Of a stretch of DNA of 64,000 nucleotides, positions 1 through 10,324 are shown piece by piece. Location: positions 37,928-101,927 of the forward strand of contig CACORD010000001.1 of NCBI GenBank assembly GCA_902629535.1, given 5' to 3'. Source of the DNA: an uncultured Pelagibacteraceae bacterium (GTDB taxonomy: Bacteria; Pseudomonadota; Alphaproteobacteria; Pelagibacterales; Pelagibacteraceae). Below the pieces are notes generated by a model that was given only the letters and a program-made list of their open reading frames with translations, was not told the DNA's origin and did no database searches. How positions within the stretch are numbered: position 1 is the first letter of the stretch; each line of letters opens with the position of its first letter. The position numbers and the translations under genes are program-made.

Positions 1-113
1 ATATGCTTGGGCAAAAATTAATTATATCAATGGAAAATAAAAATATTAATGTGACTGTAGCTGATCCAGTTTTTTTAGATAAAGAAGGTGAAAGATTAAA
101 TGCTAAATTATAA
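1..113 (+). CDS. soxA: Sarcosine oxidase alpha subunit, C-terminal fragment (runs in from the window edge)
   Basis: Frame from position 3 reads MLGQKLIISMENKNINVTVADPVFLDKEGERLNAKL*. The PVFxDxEGERL ending is typical of SoxA/GcvT-family C-termini, and it overlaps soxG. Confidence 0.7.
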   Translation, partial: MLGQKLIISMENKNINVTVADPVFLDKEGERLNAKL

Positions 114-663
114 TCATACAATTAAAGAGGAAAAATCATATCAAGGTCTACAAATGAACGAAGTTAAACCTGTCATGAAATTGATAGTAAGAGGTAAAAA
201 AAGAGAATTTTTATCAGCTATTGGTAAATCTTTAAATATGGTTTTGCCTACAAAAGCAAATACCTCTACTCAAAGTGAAAAATTGACTGCTTTATGGTTG
301 AGTCCTGATGAATGGATGATTTTTTCAAATAGCGTTGTTAAAGAAAATACAAATTCATATGATACCGAAACACTTTTAAATAAAAACATATCTAAATTAA
401 ATTTAGGAGCCGTGGTAGATGTAACTGATCAATTTGTTAGGATTAATCTCAAAGGGGATAAGATATATGATTTGTTTCAAACAGGCTCTCCTTTTAATTT
501 TAATGATTTTAAGGATAAAATTGGCTCAGTGACCCAAACAATTCTCGCAAAAATAGATGTGATCATTCATAATCAAAATAAAAATGAAGTGAATTTGTTT
601 GTAAGACGCTCATTTTCTGAGCATTTATTCGCATGGATGAATGATAGTGCGTCAAGATTATAG
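100..663 (+). CDS. soxG: Sarcosine oxidase gamma subunit family
   Basis: Motifs LWLSPDEW, VVDVTDQF and VRRSFSEHL; follows the soxA-like end. Confidence 0.85.
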   Translation: MLNYNHTIKEEKSYQGLQMNEVKPVMKLIVRGKKREFLSAIGKSLNMVLPTKANTSTQSEKLTALWLSPDEWMIFSNSVVKENTNSYDTETLLNKNISKLNLGAVVDVTDQFVRINLKGDKIYDLFQTGSPFNFNDFKDKIGSVTQTILAKIDVIIHNQNKNEVNLFVRRSFSEHLFAWMNDSASRL

Positions 664-697
664 TCACATTTAGATCTCAAATAAGTTAAAAAAAAAT

Positions 698-1465
698 ATG
701 AAAAAATTATTTTTAATAGCATTATTTGCTCTTTTACCCTTTTCTCTTAACGCAGAATCTAATTTAGATAAAATTTTATCCTCTGGAGTACTTAAAGTTG
801 GTACTACCGGAGATTGGGATCCTATGACAGTCAAAGATCCTGCAACTAACAAATATAAAGGCTTCGATATCGATGTAATGAATCAATTAGCTAAAGATAT
901 GGGTGTAAAAATTGAGTTTGTACCTGCAGAATGGAAAACTATTGTTTCAGGAATAACATCTGCTAGATATGATATCTCAACTAGTGTTACAAAAACGCCA
1001 AAGAGAGCTGAAGTAGCTGGTTTTACCGATACCTATTACAAATATGCTACTGTGCCACTTGTTCTCAAAAAGAACTTAAAAAAATTTTCAACTTGGGACT
1101 CCCTTAATAATTCAAATGTAACAATCGCAACTACTCTTGGTACTTCTCAAGAGCAAAAGGCAAAAGAATTTTTCCCAAAATCAAAATTAAACTCAATTGA
1201 AGCACCAGCAAGAGACTTTCAAGAAGTCTTGGCAGGAAGAGCTGATGGTAATATTACAAGTTCAACAGAGGCAAATAAATTGGTTATTAAATATCCTCAG
1301 TTAGCAATCGTTCCAGATGGTGGAAAAAATCCAGCATTTTTAGCAATGATGGTGCCAAAAGGTGATACTAAGTGGAATGATTATGTCAATAAATGGATTA
1401 AAGACAAAAAATCTTCAGGCTTCTTCACAAAGTTATTAGCTAAATATAATCTGAAGAGCTTATAA
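698..1465 (+). CDS. Amino-acid ABC substrate-binding protein (SBP family 3, cyclohexadienyl dehydratase-like)
   Basis: Signal peptide; [11 protein letters not shown] and GFDIDV motifs. Confidence 0.85.
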   Translation: MKKLFLIALFALLPFSLNAESNLDKILSSGVLKVGTTGDWDPMTVKDPATNKYKGFDIDVMNQLAKDMGVKIEFVPAEWKTIVSGITSARYDISTSVTKTPKRAEVAGFTDTYYKYATVPLVLKKNLKKFSTWDSLNNSNVTIATTLGTSQEQKAKEFFPKSKLNSIEAPARDFQEVLAGRADGNITSSTEANKLVIKYPQLAIVPDGGKNPAFLAMMVPKGDTKWNDYVNKWIKDKKSSGFFTKLLAKYNLKSL

Positions 1466-1505
1466 AAAATTAGTAATTAATTTTTTATTCTTTATAAGTT
1501 AAGGA

Positions 1506-2237
1506 GTGAAAAATCTACTTTTATTAATTCTAATCTTTCCATTAACCTCATGTGGTAAAAGTGAATTAAACTGGTTAATCTTATCACCAAACAACATTGA
1601 GGGGTTAACTAATCTGAAGTTTTTATTAAGTGGTTTAACAACTACTATTTATATTAGCATAGTCTCAATCATTATTTCAATTATTCTTGGTCTTTTAGTT
1701 GCTATTCCATCACTGGCTAAAAGTAAATTCTTAACCTACCTTAATATTGGCTATGTTGAGATTGTAAGAGCAATTCCTTTGCTAGTTTTAATTTTATGGA
1801 TTTATTATGGTCTCCCAATCATGACGGGTATAAGTTTTAGCCCATTCGTTTCTGGTATCATAGCGCTGTCAATTAGCGAAAGTGCTTTCCAAGCAGAAAT
1901 ATTTAGAGCAGGAATTAATTCAATAAAAAAATCACAATGGGAAGCTGGAAGTTCTTTAGGATTAAGTTTTTTTAGAAAATTAAGATTAGTAATTCTACCT
2001 CAAGCAATAAAGAATATTTTACCAGCTATTGGTAATCAATTTGTATATGTGCTTAAAATGTCCTCTCTTGTATCAATAATTGGTATTGGAGATCTGACTA
2101 GAAAAGCAAACGAATTGGTTGTGACGACTTATCGGCCACTTGAAATATATACATTTCTAATTCTAGAATATTTAGTCTTGATATTAATTGTTTCTTATCT
2201 TGTTAGAAAATTAGAAAAAAAATTACAAAAAGATTAA
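1506..2237 (+). CDS. Polar amino-acid ABC transporter permease
   Basis: YVEIVRAIPLLV, AEIFRAGI, QWEAG (EAA loop) and VILPQA motifs. Confidence 0.9.
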   Translation: MKNLLLLILIFPLTSCGKSELNWLILSPNNIEGLTNLKFLLSGLTTTIYISIVSIIISIILGLLVAIPSLAKSKFLTYLNIGYVEIVRAIPLLVLILWIYYGLPIMTGISFSPFVSGIIALSISESAFQAEIFRAGINSIKKSQWEAGSSLGLSFFRKLRLVILPQAIKNILPAIGNQFVYVLKMSSLVSIIGIGDLTRKANELVVTTYRPLEIYTFLILEYLVLILIVSYLVRKLEKKLQKD

Positions 2238-2713
2238 TTTTTTCTTCTATAGTCCCAAGGATATTCAAAAGTCATTGCCCACATACCTTTTTTATTTTTT
2301 TTAGCATAATCCTCATCTGAAATGTATTTTGTTGAATATTTCCTGTAAGCAAAAGCATAACCCTCTCGAACAAGATACTTAGATAGACTTTGATTATTTA
2401 CAAAACATTCAGCTAAAATTCTCTTATATTTATCTACACCCTCTTTGACACATCTTACTTTGTTTTTACCTATCTTATTAATAAGTAATTGTTTTGCTTT
2501 AATTCCACAATTGATAACCTCATTATTCTTATTACAAATTTGTTTAATTTCAGGAGTATCAATGCCACTAAAACGAATTTTTTCGTTTTTTAAATGAATA
2601 GTGTCTCCGTCTATAACCTTTATTTCACTAGATTTTACATCAAGGTATGTGACAAAGAAAAATATTAGACAAATACTAGTAAGTAAAAAGACTTTTATTT
2701 TGTTTGAAAACAT
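2234..2713 (-). CDS. Thermonuclease (SNase-like) family protein
   Basis: VIDGDTI, IRFSGIDTPE and DKYKRILA motifs; N-terminal hydrophobic anchor. Confidence 0.9.
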   Translation of the reverse strand: MFSNKIKVFLLTSICLIFFFVTYLDVKSSEIKVIDGDTIHLKNEKIRFSGIDTPEIKQICNKNNEVINCGIKAKQLLINKIGKNKVRCVKEGVDKYKRILAECFVNNQSLSKYLVREGYAFAYRKYSTKYISDEDYAKKNKKGMWAMTFEYPWDYRRKN

Positions 2714-4046
2714 TATTCAAAAAATACCCAATAAATATTAGAACTGCAATTCCCATAAACCAATTTGTTACTAAAATCGTATAAAAAATGTCCTCATAAT
2801 CCCCTCCTTTAATATTAATTACATACCATAAACTTAAAAATGGAAGAGCTGTTAATCTAAGAATACTTAGATAAAGACTGTACAATGGTTTTTTCACTGC
2901 TTGGAATACTGCAGTGGTTATAAAAAAAACAGGATAAATTGGGCCAATTAATGCAGCAACTTTTAGATATATCGCACCATGCTTTATTGCTTCTTGGTTA
3001 TCAGTAAATAATGAAACTAAAAACTCTGCACCTAAAAATATTATTATTCCTGCACATATCATGAAAGATGATCCAAACATTAAAGCTTTTCTGTATAATT
3101 CTCTCAATCTATCATAATTTTTTGCACCAAAATTTTGTCCCCCAATTGATAATACCGCTGTATTTAATCCAATTACAGGAAGTAAAAAAACTTGTTCAAT
3201 TCTTAAAGCAGCACCATAACCAGCAGTAGCTAAATCTCCAAATTGACCAATGAAGTAAAGGATGTTGAACAAACCAACACCAATCAACAACATGCTAAAC
3301 ATCACAGGAATCGTCTGATACAAGAGTTCCCCAAGAAGATCAAATTTTGGAATAAAACACTCAGGCTTAAGATATTTCTTTAATTCACAACAATAAACTT
3401 TATATGCTAAATACAAAAGACCAACAAACTGAGCCACTACAGTAGCTATTGCAAGTCCAGCTATACCAAATGCTGGAATAAAACCATAACCAAAAATAAA
3501 TAATGGATTTAGAATAATATTTAAAAAGAAACTAAAAATTAAAACGTTTCTGTAACTTTTTGTATCCCCTTGCGCATTTAATGTTCCATTTAAGGAAATT
3601 TGTATCAAAACAATTATAGTTCCATAAAAAATTACATCTAGATATTTTCTAGTTAATATAATTGCCTCTTGGTCTGATCCCATAAGAGAAAGTAAAAAAT
3701 CTGAAACATTCAAACCAAAAAAAGTAACTAGTATGGATAAAAAGATTGCAAAAATGATTGATTGAGCAACAAATAGAGATGCCTTTCTCTTATTGTTAGC
3801 ACCTAAATTATTACCTATTAAAGTATTTGTTCCAGCAGTTAATCCAACACCTATGGCTATAATAGTAAAATAAATTGGAAAAGATTTTGCAATCGCGGCT
3901 ATTGCTTCAGCAGATATTCTTCCTGCAAACCAAGTATCTACTAAATTATAAAAGGTTTGAAATAATGAGCCAACACTTGCTGGAATAGTAACTTTTCTCA
4001 ATAAAAACCATATTGGATCTTTAGTTAATTTGAAAGATTGTGACAA
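2676..4046 (-). CDS. MATE family efflux transporter
   Basis: YNLVDTWFAG, NIILNPLFIFG and GQNFGAKNYDR motifs; about 12 TM segments. Confidence 0.9.
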   Translation of the reverse strand: MSQSFKLTKDPIWFLLRKVTIPASVGSLFQTFYNLVDTWFAGRISAEAIAAIAKSFPIYFTIIAIGVGLTAGTNTLIGNNLGANNKRKASLFVAQSIIFAIFLSILVTFFGLNVSDFLLSLMGSDQEAIILTRKYLDVIFYGTIIVLIQISLNGTLNAQGDTKSYRNVLIFSFFLNIILNPLFIFGYGFIPAFGIAGLAIATVVAQFVGLLYLAYKVYCCELKKYLKPECFIPKFDLLGELLYQTIPVMFSMLLIGVGLFNILYFIGQFGDLATAGYGAALRIEQVFLLPVIGLNTAVLSIGGQNFGAKNYDRLRELYRKALMFGSSFMICAGIIIFLGAEFLVSLFTDNQEAIKHGAIYLKVAALIGPIYPVFFITTAVFQAVKKPLYSLYLSILRLTALPFLSLWYVINIKGGDYEDIFYTILVTNWFMGIAVLIFIGYFLNNVFKQNKSLFTY

Positions 4047-4054
4047 ATAAATCC

Positions 4055-4963
4055 TTAGTTAAATTCTTTTTGAAAATTATATTTTTTTCCTGATAGCTTT
4101 GCCTTGTATATCTGACTTTGTCTCATTCTAAAACGAGATTTTTGGTTTTTTGAGAGTTTATCAAAACAATTAGGACAAGTTACACCCTCCTCATATCTTT
4201 TAGATTTTTTATCTTTAACTGAGATTGGTTGTCTACATCCGCCGCAAATTGAGTAAGTTCCTTGTACTAATCCATGTTTTAAACTTACCCTGTTATCAAA
4301 TACAAAACATTCACCTTTCCATAAACTGTTTTTTTGTTTAATTTTCTTTAAGTAATTTAGAATTCCGCCCTTTAATTGATAAATATTTTTAAAACCTTTT
4401 TTTTCTAGATATACAGAGGCTTTTTCACATCTAATTCCACCAGTGCAAAACATTGCTATTGGCTGATTTTTTTTTAACTTTTTTAAATATTTTGGGAAAT
4501 CTCTAAAGTTACCTATATTTGGATTTACAGATTTTTTAAAAGATCCAACTTTATGTTCAAAAGGTTTTCTCGCATCCAATAAAAGAGTTTCTTTTTTTTT
4601 AATCAGTTTATTCCATTTTTTTGGGTCAATATGTGTATTCTTTTTTTTGATCCTCTTCGATATTTTTAGATCCATTGGAACAACTTCATTTTTAATTTTT
4701 ACTTTTGGTTTGTGAAAAGGTTTAAATGTACTCATAGAATTATTGAAACTATCAAATTCTTTAATATTCAAAATTTTTTTTAATCTAATAATTGTAGTCT
4801 TAATATCTTTATTTATTCCACATATAGATCCATTTAGACCCTCTTTTGATATAATAAGTGATCCATTAATATTATTATTAGCTAAGAGATTACTTAATAT
4901 TTTTTGATTTTTTTTTAAATTATTTATTTTTTGAAATTTATAAAAACCAAATACAGTGAACAT
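4055..4963 (-). CDS. trhO: tRNA uridine(34) hydroxylase, rhodanese-domain UPF0176 family
   Basis: EGLNGS, MFCTGGIRCEKAS, LKGGILNY and GECFVFDNRV motifs. Confidence 0.9.
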   Translation of the reverse strand: MFTVFGFYKFQKINNLKKNQKILSNLLANNNINGSLIISKEGLNGSICGINKDIKTTIIRLKKILNIKEFDSFNNSMSTFKPFHKPKVKIKNEVVPMDLKISKRIKKKNTHIDPKKWNKLIKKKETLLLDARKPFEHKVGSFKKSVNPNIGNFRDFPKYLKKLKKNQPIAMFCTGGIRCEKASVYLEKKGFKNIYQLKGGILNYLKKIKQKNSLWKGECFVFDNRVSLKHGLVQGTYSICGGCRQPISVKDKKSKRYEEGVTCPNCFDKLSKNQKSRFRMRQSQIYKAKLSGKKYNFQKEFN

Positions 4964-5613
4964 TAAATCTTCCTACAGACTGTCATTCCATCGCCAAAAG
5001 GTACCATAACCTTTTCAATTCTTTTATCCTTAGAGATAAAATCATTCAGATCTCTTATGTTTTTTGTAAATTTGTCATTTATATCTTTGTTAACAACTTC
5101 TCCGTGCCATAATACATTATCGATTATCACTAGACCCTCTTTATTCAATAAATCTAATGAAATTTCATAATACTTTTTGTAATTCATTTTATCTGCATCA
5201 ATAAAAACTAAATCAAATTTTTCATTTCTGATACTCATTAAAGTTTCTAACGCCGGGTTAATTATAGTTTGAATCTTATGATCTTGATTAGCTTTTTTAA
5301 AAAAGTTTTGAGCAATTTTGGTTGTTTCCTCATTTTTATCCAACGCAATTATTCTACCTTCTTCTGGCAAAGCTAAGGCCATGGATAGTGTACTTAAACC
5401 TGTAAAAGTTCCTATTTCGAGAACTTTTTTAATTTTTGAAATTTTAATTATCAAATGTAGAAATTGGCATTGTGAGATAGATATTTGCATTCTTTGTGAG
5501 TCACCAAGTGATAAATTATGATCTATTATTTCTCTTTGAATTGGATGTAATTTTAAACCATTCTTTAATATATAATCTTGTAAATGTTTTGTGATATTAA
5601 GGTCTGAACCCAT
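4963..5613 (-). CDS. SAM-dependent O-methyltransferase (caffeoyl-CoA OMT/TrmR-like family)
   Basis: VLEIGTFTGLS, FDLVFIDADK, DNVLWHG and GDG motifs. Confidence 0.85.
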   Translation of the reverse strand: MGSDLNITKHLQDYILKNGLKLHPIQREIIDHNLSLGDSQRMQISISQCQFLHLIIKISKIKKVLEIGTFTGLSTLSMALALPEEGRIIALDKNEETTKIAQNFFKKANQDHKIQTIINPALETLMSIRNEKFDLVFIDADKMNYKKYYEISLDLLNKEGLVIIDNVLWHGEVVNKDINDKFTKNIRDLNDFISKDKRIEKVMVPFGDGMTVCRKI

Positions 5614-5617
5614 AACC

Positions 5618-7093
5618 TTATAATTTTTTCTTTAGGATCTCATTGATTAATTGAGGGTTTGCTTTTCCACCTGATGCCTTCATTGCTTGACCAACAAAAA
5701 AACCAAATAATTTTTCTTTACCTTGTTTATATTCAATAGCTTTTTCTCTATTGTCATTAATTATTTTGTCAATTAAAGCTTCTAGAGCTTTTGGGTCACT
5801 TTGTTGCTTTAATCCTTTTTCCTCAACAATTTTTTGTGGATCTTTATTTCCATCAATCATTAATTCAAAAACAGTTTTTGCTATTTTTCCTGAGATAGTT
5901 CCATTCTTAATAAGATTTATCAAAATAGCGAAATTCTTAGCACTCACTGGACTTTGAGAAATTTCTAGACCTTTGCTGTTTAAAACAGCAAATAGTTCAC
6001 CAGTAATCCAATTAACTGCTAATTTAATATCTTTGTTCTTACCCATTTTAGCAACAACTTCTTCAAAGAATTTTGCAGTATCAATATCAGACACTAAAAT
6101 ATTGGCCTCATAAGGAGACAATTTAAACTCTTCAATAAATCTTTTCTTTTTATCATCTGGAAGTTCTGGAATATCGTTTTTGAGTTCTTCAATAAATTTT
6201 TCTGAAACCTCCAAAGGTAATAAATCAGGATCAGGAAAATATCTATAATCATGAGCGTCTTCTTTTGATCTCATTGACCTTGTCTCATTTTTCTTTGTAT
6301 CAAAAAGTCTTGTTTCTTGATCAATAGTTTTACCTTCTTCTATTAAATCTACTTGTCTATTAGCTTCATATTCTATAGCCATTTGCATGAATTTAATTGA
6401 ATTAACGTTTTTAATTTCACACCGTGTGCCAAATTCTTTTGAGCCTTTTGGTCTTACAGAAACGTTTACATCAGCTCTTAAAGAACCCTCTTGCATATTC
6501 CCATCACAAGTTCCCAGATACCTCATTATAGATCGCAATTTTTTAATATAAGCATTGACCTCATCTGGGGATCTTAGATCAGGTTTGCTTACTATTTCCA
6601 TTAAAGCTACCCCTGATCTGTTTAAATCTACAAAGGTGTTTTGTGGGTCAAGATCATGGATGCTTTTTCCAGCATCTTGTTCCAAATGTAATCTTTCAAT
6701 ACCAACTTCTTTTTGACCATTAGACATATCCAAAATAACTTTACCCTCACCTACTATTGGATCTTTAAATTGTGAAATTTGATATCCTTGAGGTAAATCA
6801 GCATAAAAGTAATTTTTTCTATCAAATACTGAACGTTTATTAATTTTCGCATTAAGACCGATGCCAGTTTTAATTGCTTGTTTGACACAAAATTCATTTA
6901 TTACTGGTAGCATTCCTGGAAATGCAGCATCAACTAAACTAACCTGTGTATTGGGCTCTGCTCCAAATTTAGTTGCAGAAGTAGAAAATAATTTTGACTC
7001 AGATAGCACTTGAGCATGAACTTCTAAACCAATTACAACTTCATACTGATTGTCTTTTCGATTAATCAAATATTCTGAATCTTTTTTACTCAT
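5618..7093 (-). CDS. gatB: Asp/Glu-tRNA amidotransferase subunit B
   Basis: [21 protein letters not shown] and [10 protein letters not shown] motifs. Confidence 0.98.
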   Translation of the reverse strand: MSKKDSEYLINRKDNQYEVVIGLEVHAQVLSESKLFSTSATKFGAEPNTQVSLVDAAFPGMLPVINEFCVKQAIKTGIGLNAKINKRSVFDRKNYFYADLPQGYQISQFKDPIVGEGKVILDMSNGQKEVGIERLHLEQDAGKSIHDLDPQNTFVDLNRSGVALMEIVSKPDLRSPDEVNAYIKKLRSIMRYLGTCDGNMQEGSLRADVNVSVRPKGSKEFGTRCEIKNVNSIKFMQMAIEYEANRQVDLIEEGKTIDQETRLFDTKKNETRSMRSKEDAHDYRYFPDPDLLPLEVSEKFIEELKNDIPELPDDKKKRFIEEFKLSPYEANILVSDIDTAKFFEEVVAKMGKNKDIKLAVNWITGELFAVLNSKGLEISQSPVSAKNFAILINLIKNGTISGKIAKTVFELMIDGNKDPQKIVEEKGLKQQSDPKALEALIDKIINDNREKAIEYKQGKEKLFGFFVGQAMKASGGKANPQLINEILKKKL

Positions 7094-8547
7094 TTAATCC
7101 ACCAATCGGTAATTTTATTCTTAAAATTGATCTTTTCTTCCATAGCATAAGCTATATTCAATATATTTTGTTCATCAAAAGCTTTACCAATAATTTGTAA
7201 ACCTAAAGGATAACCTTTTGAGTCATGCCCTGCAGGTATTGAGATACCTGGAAGTCCAGCTAAGTTTACTGGAACTGTAAATATATCATTAAGATACATT
7301 GAAACTGGATCATTTGTTTTTTCACCTATTTTAAATGCTGAGCTAGGTGTTGATGGAGTTAAAATTGCATCGACTTTTTTATAAGCCTCGTCAAAATCAT
7401 TTTTAATAAGCTTCCTTACTTTTTGAGCTTTAAGATAATATGCATCGTAATACCCAGAAGATAAAACATAAGTACCAATCATAATTCTTCTTTGAACCTC
7501 AGCTCCAAAACCTTCTGATCTAGTTTTTTCATACATATCAATTAAATTTTCACCTTTGGCTCTAAATCCATATTTAACACCATCATATCTCGCTAAGTTT
7601 GATGATGCCTCTGCAGGAGCTACTATATAATAAGTCGGTAAGGCATAACTAGTGTTTGGCAGAGAAATATCAATGGTTTCAGCACCACAATCTTTCACGT
7701 ACTGAATACCTTTTTGCCAAAGATCTTCAATTTCTTTCGGCATACCATCCACTCTATATTCTTTAGGTATTCCAATTTTTTTTCCTTTAATATTATTTGT
7801 AAGTTCTTTGCTGTAATGATTTCTTTTAAAATCTATTGAAGTAGAGTCTTTTGGATCATAAGAGCTAATTACTTCATGTAGTAAAGCACAATCTTTAACA
7901 TTTTGTGCCATCGGTCCTGCTTGATCTAAAGATGAAGCAAAAGCAACAATTCCATATCTCGAGCAACTTCCATATGTAGGTTTCAATCCAACAATCCCAG
8001 TAAAAGAAGCTGGCTGTCTAATTGATCCTCCAGTATCAGTACCAATTGTAATAGGAGTTAATTGTCCAGCAACTGCTGAGGCTGAGCCACCTGATGATCC
8101 ACCTGGAACTAAATTCCTATCAATAGGGCTTTGAACATTACCAAAAAAACTTGTTTCATTTGATGAACCCATTGCAAACTCATCACAGTTTAGTTTACCC
8201 AAAAGTATTGCACCTTCATTCCAAATATTTTCAGTTACTGTTGACTCATAGGTTGGTACAAAATTATTTAAAATTTTGCTACCAGCAGTTGTTTTAATAT
8301 CTTTTGTGCAAAATAAATCCTTAACAGCCATTGGAATACCTGGAAGTTTTGAATCTAAATTAGGTTTTTGGTCAAATTTTTTTGCTTTTTCTAAAGCAGA
8401 GGTAAAGTCATTTGTAATATAAGCGTTTAATTCCTCAGATTTTTCAGATCTATCAATAAAAGCTTTAGTCACATCTGTTGAGGAAAGTTTTTTATTTTTA
8501 ATATTCTCAACTAGTTCGGTTAGGGATTGTTTTGTTATTTCTGACAT
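7090..8547 (-). CDS. gatA: Asp/Glu-tRNA amidotransferase subunit A
   Basis: Amidase signature PGGSSGGSA; [12 protein letters not shown]. Confidence 0.98.
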   Translation of the reverse strand: MSEITKQSLTELVENIKNKKLSSTDVTKAFIDRSEKSEELNAYITNDFTSALEKAKKFDQKPNLDSKLPGIPMAVKDLFCTKDIKTTAGSKILNNFVPTYESTVTENIWNEGAILLGKLNCDEFAMGSSNETSFFGNVQSPIDRNLVPGGSSGGSASAVAGQLTPITIGTDTGGSIRQPASFTGIVGLKPTYGSCSRYGIVAFASSLDQAGPMAQNVKDCALLHEVISSYDPKDSTSIDFKRNHYSKELTNNIKGKKIGIPKEYRVDGMPKEIEDLWQKGIQYVKDCGAETIDISLPNTSYALPTYYIVAPAEASSNLARYDGVKYGFRAKGENLIDMYEKTRSEGFGAEVQRRIMIGTYVLSSGYYDAYYLKAQKVRKLIKNDFDEAYKKVDAILTPSTPSSAFKIGEKTNDPVSMYLNDIFTVPVNLAGLPGISIPAGHDSKGYPLGLQIIGKAFDEQNILNIAYAMEEKINFKNKITDWWIK

Positions 8548-8834
8548 TATTCAATTACCTTTGGCACTACAAAATAATCCTCATTATCTTGAGGGGAATT
8601 TTTAATAATCTGTTCTCTTATATTTTTACTTTTTACTTCGTCGGATCTTAATTTTAGAGTTGTTTCAGCAATAGAGGTTAATGGTTCTACATTATCTGTT
8701 TTTAATTCATTAAGTTTTTCAATAAAATCAAAAATAGAATTTAAATCACCAGCCAATTTTTTAGCTCTTTGTTCATCAACTGAAATTCTTGATAATTTAG
8801 ATATATGTTTTATTGTTTTAAGATCTATACTCAT
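8547..8834 (-). CDS. gatC: Asp/Glu-tRNA amidotransferase subunit C
   Basis: C-terminal FVVPKVIE; lies directly upstream of gatA. Confidence 0.95.
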   Translation of the reverse strand: MSIDLKTIKHISKLSRISVDEQRAKKLAGDLNSIFDFIEKLNELKTDNVEPLTSIAETTLKLRSDEVKSKNIREQIIKNSPQDNEDYFVVPKVIE

Positions 8835-8884
8835 ATGCTATTTAAATAAGACGCAAAGTATCACTTAAGTTTAAAATATACAAT

Positions 8885-9340
8885 ATGATCACTTTAGAGG
8901 AATTTAAAAAAAAACACTTAGATAAGTGTAGATTGATAGGTTTAGACCTGGGTTCTAAAAGAATTGGTGTGTCAATCTGTGATGACAAACAACTAATAGC
9001 TACTCCATTAAAAACAATAAATAGAAATTCGCTTAAGGATCTTATTGATGAACTTAAGTTAATCATTAATGAAAATGACATAAAAGGAATCATTGTTGGA
9101 AATCCTCTTAATATGGATGGATCCTCAGGCAGGTCAGCTCAATCAGTAAAAGATACAACAGAAAATATTGAAAAAAACTTAGATATTCCAATTTGTCTGT
9201 GGGATGAAAGACTTTCAACTGTTGGTGCTTTTAACCTATCTAGCCAATTAGATATAAATGTGAGTAAAAGAGAAAAAAAAATAGATGAAAACGCCGCTGC
9301 TTTTATATTACAAGGAGCTTTGGATTTTCTGAATAATTAA
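8885..9340 (+). CDS. ruvX: YqgF/RuvX pre-16S rRNA nuclease
   Basis: GLDLGSKRIGVS, WDERLST and IDENAAAFILQ motifs. Confidence 0.93.
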   Translation: MITLEEFKKKHLDKCRLIGLDLGSKRIGVSICDDKQLIATPLKTINRNSLKDLIDELKLIINENDIKGIIVGNPLNMDGSSGRSAQSVKDTTENIEKNLDIPICLWDERLSTVGAFNLSSQLDINVSKREKKIDENAAAFILQGALDFLNN

Positions 9341-9382
9341 CACTTGCTATTATAGAGGTTTATAGTTATAGAGTTGGTTTTA

Positions 9383-10324
9383 ATGGCAACTAAAACAAAT
9401 CAAGCTATTAAAATTTCTCAAAAACACCTATTAGGAATTCAAGATTTATCAATTAATGATGTTAATTTAATACTTGATGAAGCAAACTCATTTATAAAAG
9501 TAAATCAAAGTAAAAATAAGAAAGTTGATGTTTTAAGAGGTAAAACTCAAATCAATTTATTTTTTGAACCATCAACTAGAACTCAAAGCTCCTTTGAATT
9601 AGCTGGTAAAAGACTTGGAGCTGATGTTATGTCGATGAATATTAGCAACTCAGCAATTAAAAAAGGTGAAACATTAATAGATACAGCAATGACCCTTAAT
9701 GCTATGCATCCTGATATAATTGTAATTAGACATCAAGACTCTGGAGCATGCAATCTACTTTCACAAAAAGTAAATTGTGCAGTTCTAAATGCTGGTGACG
9801 GAAGAAGAGAGCACCCTACACAAGCTTTATTAGATGCATTAACAATTATTACTCGTAAAAAAAAGATACAAGGATTAAAAATCGCGATCTGTGGAGACAT
9901 ACTTCATTCAAGAGTTGCTAGATCAAATATTTATTTACTAAGTATGTTAGGTGCAGAAGTGAATATAATTGCTCCAACAAATCTTATGCCAAAAGAAATT
10001 GAGAGATTTGGCGTCAATACTTTTACAGATATGAAAAAAGGATTGAAAGATTGTGATATTGTTATGATGTTGAGATTACAAAATGAACGAATGACAAGTT
10101 CATATCTTTCATCAAATAGAGAGTATTATGAATATTATGGATTAACACCTGATAAATTAGAACATGCTAAGTCAGATGCTTTGATTATGCATCCTGGTCC
10201 AATGAACAGAGGTATAGAAATAGATACAATGCTAGCAGATGATATCAATAAAAGTGTAATTAAAGAACAAGTTGAATTAGGTGTCGCTGTGAGAATGGCT
10301 TGTCTTAAAATATTTTGTACATAA
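9383..10324 (+). CDS. pyrB: Aspartate carbamoyltransferase catalytic subunit
   Basis: [16 protein letters not shown] and HPGP motifs; ATG at 9383 preferred over the upstream TTG. Confidence 0.97.
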   Translation: MATKTNQAIKISQKHLLGIQDLSINDVNLILDEANSFIKVNQSKNKKVDVLRGKTQINLFFEPSTRTQSSFELAGKRLGADVMSMNISNSAIKKGETLIDTAMTLNAMHPDIIVIRHQDSGACNLLSQKVNCAVLNAGDGRREHPTQALLDALTIITRKKKIQGLKIAICGDILHSRVARSNIYLLSMLGAEVNIIAPTNLMPKEIERFGVNTFTDMKKGLKDCDIVMMLRLQNERMTSSYLSSNREYYEYYGLTPDKLEHAKSDALIMHPGPMNRGIEIDTMLADDINKSVIKEQVELGVAVRMACLKIFCT

